From the NCBI GenBank assembly GCA_024400415.1, contig JAKSMS010000002.1, positions 5,679-69,678 of the forward strand: a DNA stretch of 64,000 bases, in the 5' to 3' direction. Within the stretch, counting starts at the first letter, position 1, and each line of letters begins with the position of its first letter. This DNA is from Bacteroidales bacterium (lineage in GTDB: Bacteria > Bacteroidota > Bacteroidia > Bacteroidales > P3). The translations under genes were made by a program, and so were the position numbers. Under the pieces are notes generated by a model, which had not been told where the DNA came from, ran no database searches, and worked only from the letters and a program-made list of their open reading frames with translations. Shown here piece after piece: positions 55,051-62,427 of the stretch.

Positions 55051-55998
55051 ATGAATAAATTACAAAAAGTTATAATAGCTTGCTTTGTGGCTCTGTTTCT
55101 CAACATGGCACCTGTTATGGCTCAGTGTGACACCAACGCCCAGTGCGGATCATGCAAGCCAGTACCTGCTATGGAGTTTCAGGCTAACAAGGCCTGCTTT
55201 GTGGCCGCCCAGGGCGCATACGTGGTGATCGACAGCGTCGACAACACCATCGATATCCTCCGCGTGGGCGACAGCTCGCTGGTTCGCGAGAGCGCTTATC
55301 TCGTGGACGTCATCGAGCACCGCTATGATGTGAAAGACATCATCCGCCCTGTAGACGTGAAGGTGGTTGACGACCACATCCTCTTCCTGGGCACCAGCAA
55401 GAATGATTCTTCCTATTTGGGAATCCTCGATTTCTCGGGCAAGCTCGTGGCCGCCTATCCTATGTCGTGCCACAGCGACGCTTTCGCCCTCACCCAGACC
55501 CCTTGCGGCCACGCCATCGTGATGGTGGCCGGCTTCAACAAGCAGGGCTACAGCCTCCATACCTTCGTGAAGGGCGAGGCTTGGGACAATATGGCCGTTC
55601 AGCCAAGACTTACCACCGACTACCACCGCCCTCTCCAGAGCGAGCGCATCAAGGAGTCTGACCCTGTAGGCGTAGGCCTCACCGTGATCGCCATCCTCGT
55701 AGTGTTCCTGGCACTGGTATTTGTGGCCTGCATGATCGCAATGCTGAGCAAGGTGATCCGCGCTTCAGAGGAGCGCAAGGCTGCCAAGACTGCAGCTCCA
55801 AAGGCTGAGGCCGCTGCCGCCGCTCCAGCTGCTGCTGGCAACAAGGACGCCGAGGTATATGCCGCTATCGCCGCCGCCATCCACATGTATATGGACGAGC
55901 TCCACGACGAGGAGAGCAACATCATCACCATCGAAGAAAAATGTACTCCTTGGAACTCCAAGGCCTACAACATGAACCAAACCAATCTCAAAAAGTAA
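55051..55998 (+). CDS. OadG-family (decarboxylase gamma/delta-like) membrane protein with ~190-aa N-terminal extracytoplasmic domain
   Basis: Signal peptide, long N-domain, TM segment VGLTVIAILVVFLALVFVACMIAML, Ala/Pro linker, C-terminal EVYAAIAAAIHMYMDE motif. The track start at 55033 is a TTG. Confidence 0.75.
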   Translation: MNKLQKVIIACFVALFLNMAPVMAQCDTNAQCGSCKPVPAMEFQANKACFVAAQGAYVVIDSVDNTIDILRVGDSSLVRESAYLVDVIEHRYDVKDIIRPVDVKVVDDHILFLGTSKNDSSYLGILDFSGKLVAAYPMSCHSDAFALTQTPCGHAIVMVAGFNKQGYSLHTFVKGEAWDNMAVQPRLTTDYHRPLQSERIKESDPVGVGLTVIAILVVFLALVFVACMIAMLSKVIRASEERKAAKTAAPKAEAAAAAPAAAGNKDAEVYAAIAAAIHMYMDELHDEESNIITIEEKCTPWNSKAYNMNQTNLKK

Positions 55999-56007
55999 GT
56001 AATCATC

Positions 56008-56427
56008 ATGAAAAACTATAAGTTCAAGATTAACGGAACTGAATATAATGTAGACATCAATTCCGTAGAAGGTCAGGAAATCGACCTCGCCGTAAACGGA
56101 ACCGCTTACAAGGTGACTATGGACCAGGAAGTAAAGCCTGCTCCAGCTCCTAAGCCACGTCCACGTGCTGCCGCTGCTGCTCCAGCCGCTGCTGCTGCTC
56201 CTAAGGCTGCTGCCGGCACCAAGGTTACCTCTCCACTGCCAGGCGTAATCCTCGACGTATTCGTCAACGTTGGCGACACCGTAAAGGAAGGCCAGAAGGT
56301 ATGCATCCTCGAGGCTATGAAGATGGAAAACGAGATTACTGCTGATGCTGCTGGTACCATCACCGAGGTGAAGGTTCGCAAGGGCGACAGCGTTCTCGAG
56401 AGCGACGTGCTCGTAGTAATCGGTTAA
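56008..56427 (+). CDS. mmdC: biotin carboxyl carrier subunit of the decarboxylase
   Basis: Ala/Pro linker and biotinylation motif CILEAMKMENEI. Confidence 0.88.
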   Translation: MKNYKFKINGTEYNVDINSVEGQEIDLAVNGTAYKVTMDQEVKPAPAPKPRPRAAAAAPAAAAAPKAAAGTKVTSPLPGVILDVFVNVGDTVKEGQKVCILEAMKMENEITADAAGTITEVKVRKGDSVLESDVLVVIG

Positions 56428-56460
56428 TAACTATTCGTAAAACAGAAACAAGACTGAAAA

Positions 56461-57630
56461 ATGATAACATTAGCTACTGGTGGCTTTATGGATTTCATGT
56501 CAACGCAGCTGGTACAGTTTCTCGGCTATACCGGTTTTGCTAACGTGACATGGGGCCATATTGCCATGATTTGCGTCGGCCTGATATTTGTCTTCCTGGG
56601 TATCAAATTCGAATTCGAGCCTCTGCTGCTCGTGCCTATCGGATTCGGTATGGTGGTTGGCAACATCCCATTCTATCCAGGCCTTAAGATTGGTGTTTAC
56701 GAAGACGGCTCTGTGCTCCACATCCTCTACCACGGCGTGCAGAACGGCTGGTATCCGCCTTTGATTTTCTTGGGCATCGGTGCCATGACGGACTTCTCGG
56801 CCCTGCTGTCCAACCCTAAACTGATGCTCGTCGGCGCTTCCGCTCAGGTGGGTATCTTCGCAGCCTATATGGGCGCTATGGCCCTGGGCTTCAATCCTGC
56901 TGAGGCAGGCGCTATCGGCATCATCGGCGGCGCTGATGGTCCTACCGCCATCTTCCTCTCCAGCCAGCTGGCTCCTCACCTGATGGGCGCTATTGCCGTG
57001 GCTGCTTATTCCTACATGGCTCTCGTGCCTGTAATCCAGCCTCCTATCATGCGACTGCTCACCACCGACAAGGAGCGCCGCATCCGCATGAAGGCTCCTC
57101 GCAAGGTGTCTCAGCTCGAGAAGATCCTTTTCCCTATCGTGGGCTTCATCTTCTGCTGCTTCATCGTGCCTTCTGGCCTTCCTTTGCTCGGCATGCTCTT
57201 CTTCGGCAACCTGCTTAAGGAGTCTGGCGTTACCAAGCGTCTGTCCGACACCGCTAGCAACGCTATCGTGAACATCTGCACCCTCCTTATCGGTATCACC
57301 GTGGGCGCTTCTACCGAGGCCACCACTTTCCTCTCCGGCAAGTCGCTGCTCATCTTCGCCCTTGGTGCATGCTCCTTCATCGTGGCCACCTTCTTCGGCG
57401 TATGCTTCGTGAAGTTCATGAACCTCTTCCTCAAGGAGGGCAACAAGATCAACCCGCTTATTGGCAACTCCGGCGTGTCTGCAGTTCCTGATGCTGCCCG
57501 CGTTTCCAATACTGTAGGTCTGGAATACGACAAGACCAACTACCTGCTCCAGCACGCTATGGGTCCTAACGTGGCCGGCGTTGTGGGTTCTGCAGTTGCT
57601 GCTGGTATCCTCCTCGGATTCCTCCACTAA
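56461..57630 (+). CDS. mmdB: sodium ion-translocating decarboxylase beta subunit
   Basis: OadB/MmdB-type polytopic protein (GADGPTAIF, NLLKESGV, NPLIGNSGVSAVP). Confidence 0.9.
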   Translation: MITLATGGFMDFMSTQLVQFLGYTGFANVTWGHIAMICVGLIFVFLGIKFEFEPLLLVPIGFGMVVGNIPFYPGLKIGVYEDGSVLHILYHGVQNGWYPPLIFLGIGAMTDFSALLSNPKLMLVGASAQVGIFAAYMGAMALGFNPAEAGAIGIIGGADGPTAIFLSSQLAPHLMGAIAVAAYSYMALVPVIQPPIMRLLTTDKERRIRMKAPRKVSQLEKILFPIVGFIFCCFIVPSGLPLLGMLFFGNLLKESGVTKRLSDTASNAIVNICTLLIGITVGASTEATTFLSGKSLLIFALGACSFIVATFFGVCFVKFMNLFLKEGNKINPLIGNSGVSAVPDAARVSNTVGLEYDKTNYLLQHAMGPNVAGVVGSAVAAGILLGFLH

Positions 57631-57654
57631 GAAATCGACCATACTCGATAGCTC

Positions 57655-57686
57655 AAATGGCGGCTCAAATGAGTCGCCATTTTTTG
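57655..57686 (+). terminator. rho-independent terminator of the mmd operon
   Basis: ATGGCGGCTC aaat GAGTCGCCAT stem followed by TTTTT. Confidence 0.85.
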
Positions 57687-57730
57687 CTAGCTGCTATATA
57701 CTATTTGTTTCAATTATCCGTTTAATAGCC

Positions 57731-58015
57731 ATGACTATCTTCTTATACTACCTTATCGCTATCAACCTTATTGCGGCCATGGTTTTCTTGTTCGACAAGT
57801 ATTGCGCCGAGCATCATCGCTGGCGTGTGCCCGAGCGTGTGCTGCACCTCTTTGAACTACTCGGCGGCTGGATGGTGATACTCGTGCTGATGCGCGGCAT
57901 TCACCATAAATGTTCCAAGCGCTCCTACTATCTGTGGACCTACCTTATCGTGTTTCTTTGGGTGGCGGCCATGTCGCTTTGGATCTACCTTAATTATGCT
58001 GTCAGCGTCGATTGA
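57731..58015 (+). CDS. DUF1294 membrane protein
   Basis: FLFDKYCAEHHRWRVPERVLHLFELLGGW...HHKCSKRSY matches DUF1294. The start is placed after the terminator. Confidence 0.75.
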   Translation: MTIFLYYLIAINLIAAMVFLFDKYCAEHHRWRVPERVLHLFELLGGWMVILVLMRGIHHKCSKRSYYLWTYLIVFLWVAAMSLWIYLNYAVSVD

Positions 58016-58122
58016 TCCGTTACAAATGAACTAATTCTTAATTTTAAATCCTCAATTTTAAATTTTTTTAGTATCTTTGTATCTTCAAAGAATAAATAAT
58101 ACATTTTTAATAACCTGATTGT

Positions 58123-58136
58123 CAGTTTCGAAACTG
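58123..58136. promoter_or_regulatory. perfect 14-bp palindrome CAGTTTCGAAACTG upstream of yebC
   Basis: Read directly. It lies between the -7 box TATCTTTG (58071-58078) and the ATG at 58162. Confidence 0.4.
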
Positions 58137-58161
58137 CAATCGCAATCATAGAAATTATAAT

Positions 58162-58872
58162 ATGGGAAGAGCGTTTGAATATCGTAAGGCTCGTAAGATG
58201 AAGCGTTGGGGCCACATGGCTCGTACTTTTACCAAGATTGGTAAGGAAATTGAACTTGCTGTTATTGCCAGCGGTCCTGATCCTTCCAGCAACCTCCGCC
58301 TGCGCCTGCTCATGGCCACCGCCAAGAGCGAGTCTATGCCAAAGGAGAATGTGGAGCGTGCTATCAAGCGTGCCACCGAGAAGGACAAGTCGGCCTACAA
58401 AGAGGTTGTTTACGACGGTAAGGGCCCTCACGGCACCGCATTCGTTGTTGAGACCGCTACCGACAATCCTACCCGCACTGTGGCCAATATCCGTGCCGCC
58501 TTCGTTCGCGGCAAGGGCGAGCTGGGCACTATGGGCATGAACGACTTCCTCTTTGAGCGCAAATGCTCCTTCGAGGTGGCCTACAAGGAAGGCGTTGATA
58601 TGGACGAACTCGAGCTCGAACTTATCGACTGCGACATCGACGAGGTGTTCCTCGACGAAGGCATCATCAATATCTATGCCGACTTCAAGAACTATGGCCC
58701 AATCTCAAAGTATCTTGAGGACAACGGTTTTGAGATCAATAGCTTCAAGTTCGAACGCATCCCTCTTACTATGCGCGAGCTCACCCCAGAGCAGCAAGAG
58801 GATGTGCAGGCTCTCGTAGAGCGTCTCGAGGCCGACGACGATGTTGTGAACGTTTTCCACAACATGGCCTAA
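58162..58872 (+). CDS. yebC: YebC/PmpR family DNA-binding regulator
   Basis: MGRAFEYRKARKMKRWGHMARTFTKIGKEI...NMPKENVERAIKRA. Confidence 0.9.
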   Translation: MGRAFEYRKARKMKRWGHMARTFTKIGKEIELAVIASGPDPSSNLRLRLLMATAKSESMPKENVERAIKRATEKDKSAYKEVVYDGKGPHGTAFVVETATDNPTRTVANIRAAFVRGKGELGTMGMNDFLFERKCSFEVAYKEGVDMDELELELIDCDIDEVFLDEGIINIYADFKNYGPISKYLEDNGFEINSFKFERIPLTMRELTPEQQEDVQALVERLEADDDVVNVFHNMA

Positions 58873-58900
58873 TGTTTGACTAATTGTAACGCTGTCATAG

Positions 58901-58928
58901 GGCGCGACTTCGGCCGCGCCTTTCTATT
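58901..58928 (+). terminator. rho-independent terminator with UUCG loop
   Basis: GGCGCG-a-C ttcg G-c-CGCGCC followed by TTTCTATT. Confidence 0.7.
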
Positions 58929-58935
58929 ATCTGTC

Positions 58936-59652
58936 ATGTTGCTATCCAACGTCATCTCCACGCTCAATGAGGCACGCGGCTTCGGTGCTGTCGCTAGTGC
59001 CCTCAATAGCGCCAGCGCATTCCTTACCCGCCGCTGCATGCTCGAGTTTGAGTTCGGCGATGCCCTTTTCCGCATCTTCCCAACCGAGGTGGAGGCTTAC
59101 TGCCACAATCCCTATTTCCCCGACCCCTATACCCATTGCCACGATGCCCAGCGCCACAACTATGGCCGACTCTATTTCCATGGCGCCGGCATGGACCTCT
59201 GCCTCTCCGACAATGACGCTTACCTTAGTTTCCTGATTCGTTCCGCTTATGTCTATCGCAACGGGTCTAACGTCCTTGCTGACGACCTTCCTGTCGTGGG
59301 GCCTATCCGACTTCGCGAGGCTGTTTTTGGCCGCCTCAGCGTGGCCCAACTGCGCCAGCATCCTATCGCGGCTTCTATGGTGCTGCGCGAGGCCGACGAC
59401 GCTATCTCTCCCGATAGGTTCTACACCATGATAGCAACACGTGTAGGGCTGGTTCAGCATACCGATCCCCGTTTTGCCCAACTACGCCTGCGCACCATCA
59501 GCGACTCCACGATGCGCAAGCGCGACTATCGGCCCAAGGAAGAGCTCCTCGACAGCTATCTCGAAATCGTCCGCCTCACTCCCGAGCAGCGCTACCAGGT
59601 GGCTCGCAGGCTGATGGATCGCTGCCCTAGCAAATATATGCTCAAAAAGTGA
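58936..59652 (+). CDS. hypothetical protein with weak AAG/Mpg (3-methyladenine glycosylase)-like pattern
   Basis: TEVEAY...D..TH, GRLYFHGAGMDLCLS, SFLIRSAY, GPIRLREA and TRVGL are arranged as in Pur_DNA_glyco proteins but are very divergent. The start is placed after the yebC terminator. Confidence 0.5.
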   Translation: MLLSNVISTLNEARGFGAVASALNSASAFLTRRCMLEFEFGDALFRIFPTEVEAYCHNPYFPDPYTHCHDAQRHNYGRLYFHGAGMDLCLSDNDAYLSFLIRSAYVYRNGSNVLADDLPVVGPIRLREAVFGRLSVAQLRQHPIAASMVLREADDAISPDRFYTMIATRVGLVQHTDPRFAQLRLRTISDSTMRKRDYRPKEELLDSYLEIVRLTPEQRYQVARRLMDRCPSKYMLKK

Positions 59653-60782
59653 ACACAACAAAGTCATCTACCCTAGAAGTTTTCGACTGGCTCCGCTTTC
59701 CGCTAGCGGTTGGCGTGGTCTTTGTACATAATTTCGGCGCTAGAGTGGTCGATCAGGTCCGCCTCGTCAACGACCCCCTTTCGTGGGGCGCCATCTACGA
59801 TTTTCTGCGTGTCTTCGGCTCTAAGGCGCTTCCTTTGATAGCTGTGCCCATCTTCTACATTATGTCGGGCTATCTCTTCTTTAGCCGCATGCCCGATTGG
59901 GATTGGAACCTCTATGGTCAGAAGCTCCGTCGCCGAGTCCGCACCTTGCTGCTGCCCTATCTGGGGTGGAACATCTTCCATATCGTGCACCTCAGCTGGC
60001 CAACCTTGATGAAGGTCTTTTCTGGTCAGCGCTCTGTCGACGCCTTATGGGCCCTGCTTCACAAGTTGGGCGGGTTCCGTATGTTCTTCGACAGCCATCT
60101 CAACCGTCCGGTGCCCACCAATATTTTCGGCATCCCGATGGAGTCCACGGGTCCGGTGCTTATGCCGCTGTGGTTCATGCGCGACCTTATGATTGTCCTC
60201 CTTTTTGCGCCAGTCCTTTATTGGCTGCTGCGTCGGTTCGGCCGCTGGGTGGTTGCCGTTCTTGCGGCCTGTTTTGTGCTCAATCTATGGGTGCCCGTTC
60301 ATGGCACCTCCATCTACTGCACCTTCTGGTTCACGCTCGGTTCCTATTTCGCTGTTTCCGGCCGCGATCCGGTGCAGTCCCTTTTCCGGTATCGCCGTGC
60401 CGCTTATCCCATTGCTGCCGTCAGCGTCTTTTTGCTGGCGTGGCTGAGGGCCTGGCATGGCGCTCCCGACTCGTTCCCTATCCGTCTCGTCTATATCGTC
60501 TACGTGTTCTCGGCCGTCATCTCGGCTTTCGGCATCGCCTCTTATGTGTGCCGCAACACCTCGTTCCGATTCCCCTCGTGGCTGGTGCATGCCACCTTCT
60601 TCATCTACTGCACCCATATCTTTATGCGCAAGCAGGTGCTCACTCTGATTCTTTCGCTGTTCCCTTCGCCGGGGTATCCTATCCTGATCGTTATCTACTA
60701 CCTGGTACCCATCCTTACCGTAGCGGCATGCGTTGTGACTCGCCAGTTCTTCGTCAAGATGCTGCACCTGCAGCGCGGCTGA
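59649..60782 (+). CDS. membrane acyltransferase (Acyl_transf_3 family)
   Basis: FDWLRFPLAVGVVFVHN N-terminal motif and about 10 TM segments. 4-nt overlap with the upstream gene. Confidence 0.8.
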   Translation: MNTTKSSTLEVFDWLRFPLAVGVVFVHNFGARVVDQVRLVNDPLSWGAIYDFLRVFGSKALPLIAVPIFYIMSGYLFFSRMPDWDWNLYGQKLRRRVRTLLLPYLGWNIFHIVHLSWPTLMKVFSGQRSVDALWALLHKLGGFRMFFDSHLNRPVPTNIFGIPMESTGPVLMPLWFMRDLMIVLLFAPVLYWLLRRFGRWVVAVLAACFVLNLWVPVHGTSIYCTFWFTLGSYFAVSGRDPVQSLFRYRRAAYPIAAVSVFLLAWLRAWHGAPDSFPIRLVYIVYVFSAVISAFGIASYVCRNTSFRFPSWLVHATFFIYCTHIFMRKQVLTLILSLFPSPGYPILIVIYYLVPILTVAACVVTRQFFVKMLHLQRG

Positions 60783-60784
60783 GG

Positions 60785-61843
60785 CTATATCGTCGATTCC
60801 CTATCTATGCGGGCCATGGCATCCTTATAGTATTTCTGGTTTGTGAACACCTCCTCTTTGTAGGGGTTGATGTGCCGTTTGCCTGATTGGCATAGTATGT
60901 AGGCCAAGGCGGCAGCGTTGGCGGCAAGCGATACCGCTCCCAGTATCAGCATCGGCCAAGGGTTCACGTTGGCGTTTCCGCCTTCCGTTATGCCGTTTAG
61001 CGTTCCGTCGGCGTATGTGGCGGGCAGTACGGCCCAAGGGTAGGACTGAGTGCCGTTAGCGAGGGTCGCCACGAAGAGGGGGTACACTTGCGCGAACATG
61101 CACCAGATGGCCAACGTGAATGCCCTGTTCTGTATCCATCCGCCGCGGTTCCACCACAGGGCGGCTATTGTGGGTGCCAGCAGCAGCGCCACTCCGCAAT
61201 ACCACGAGTGGGTAGGCAGGCAGTTGTAGGTGTAGGTAAAGTTCCAGATGTCGTAGGTCAGGATATACACCCATGTCATGTCGGCCCATATCATGTCCTT
61301 CCTGTCCCGCGAGGGGTATATCTTCCACCAGGCCGTCATGCAGAATATGTTCAGCACTCCTGCCGCGGCGTTCATCACGTTGTGCCATCCGCCGTATTGC
61401 CACACTCCCTCCGAGGTCAGCCACCAACAGTTCCATCCTTTGATGGCCGACTCCAGGTCTGACGCCACCGCTATCAGTATGTTCGCGGCTACGATCACGA
61501 ATGGGAAGGCCTTGAACCAATGCTTCCTGCCCACGCCCCATTCATACTTGATCATCATGAATCCTATGCAGCCTGCCAAGGCGGCATAAAGCTTCGCGTA
61601 GTGGAACCACCCGTTCATATACATCGTCGTCTGGTTCGTTGCCGCCCATTCCGCGCCGGCAGCGGCGGCAATCCTCAGCACCACGAAGTAGAGGGTCAGC
61701 GCTCCAGGAATCGCCACAAAGGTCACGATGCCGCCGAATTTCGATCCGCGTCCGAATTCATTCATCAGTATGAGGCCCAGCAGCACTACCACCATCATGC
61801 CCCATTGCGCCAGCGCTTGTGCGCCATAAACGTTGAATAACAT
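60785..61843 (-). CDS. polytopic membrane protein, unknown function (DUF5692-like, tentative)
   Basis: About 9-10 TM helices, Trp-rich (WWLTSEGVWQYGGWHNV, WWNRGGWIQNR). A -7 box lies at 61876-61883. Confidence 0.7.
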   Translation of the reverse strand: MLFNVYGAQALAQWGMMVVVLLGLILMNEFGRGSKFGGIVTFVAIPGALTLYFVVLRIAAAAGAEWAATNQTTMYMNGWFHYAKLYAALAGCIGFMMIKYEWGVGRKHWFKAFPFVIVAANILIAVASDLESAIKGWNCWWLTSEGVWQYGGWHNVMNAAAGVLNIFCMTAWWKIYPSRDRKDMIWADMTWVYILTYDIWNFTYTYNCLPTHSWYCGVALLLAPTIAALWWNRGGWIQNRAFTLAIWCMFAQVYPLFVATLANGTQSYPWAVLPATYADGTLNGITEGGNANVNPWPMLILGAVSLAANAAALAYILCQSGKRHINPYKEEVFTNQKYYKDAMARIDRESTI

Positions 61844-61875
61844 AATGCTCCTTTCTTTTAGCGTGTTTGCGGCTG

Positions 61876-61883
61876 CAAAATTA
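61876..61883 (-). promoter_or_regulatory. -7 box TAATTTTG (minus strand)
   Basis: TAnnTTTG match 33 nt upstream of the ATG at 61843. Confidence 0.5.
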
Positions 61884-62122
61884 CCACTTTCTATCCAACT
61901 GCATCCATCTAATTTGTCTATGCCGCCATTTCTACGGAGCTAATGCCGGTTTTTGTTCACCGCCAGCGGCACGCGAGCGCAGCGACAGCGTTTTCGCGCA
62001 CTTCGCCCAACTTCAAACTGAGATAGTCTTATAACCTTTCCCCCCTTCGCGGGAGATTTACATTGACCATTAGCAGTTAGCAATTGGCCCAATAGCCAAC
62101 TGCCAATAGCCGTTCCATTAAC

Positions 62123-62149
62123 ACCGAATCGACCGAATAAACCGAATCT
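62123..62149. repeat. 3 x 9-bp tandem repeat ACCGAAT(CG/AA/CT)
   Basis: ACCGAATCG ACCGAATAA ACCGAATCT, read directly. The nearby CCAATAGCC is duplicated at 62089-62097 and 62103-62111. Confidence 0.8.
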
Positions 62150-62340
62150 TTACTTAAGGCTGCGAGCACCATTGGATTGAATCAAATGGCAGCGAGCAAA
62201 CAAATTATCACTAGTTACCCATTAATCATTCTTCATGAAAACAATTAGTGGTCAATTTGTGGCAATTTGTTTCAGTCTGCCTTCTGCGAAGCAGGGCAGT
62301 TAAGGCTACTTAGGTGCCAACATGTATATAGTTTTCCACC

Positions 62341-62368
62341 AAAAAAAAGGCTTCCGAGTGGAAGCCTT
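62341..62368 (-). terminator. rho-independent terminator of the SulP gene
   Basis: On the minus strand, AAGGCTTCC actc GGAAGCCTT followed by TTTTTTTT. Confidence 0.85.
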
Positions 62369-62427
62369 AACTATTAAGTCAGAGAATGTTTTTCTGTAAT
62401 TATGTGTAGGCGAGTGTCGCCTTGCGC

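Noticed and set aside
57581-57730. N-terminal extension of the DUF1294 ORF. The same issue applies to 58876..58935 (next gene), 15058..15156 and 36312..37214.
   Set aside because: The extensions overlap the preceding gene and/or contain that gene's rho-independent terminator. Internal Mets give proteins that start with the expected signal or motif.
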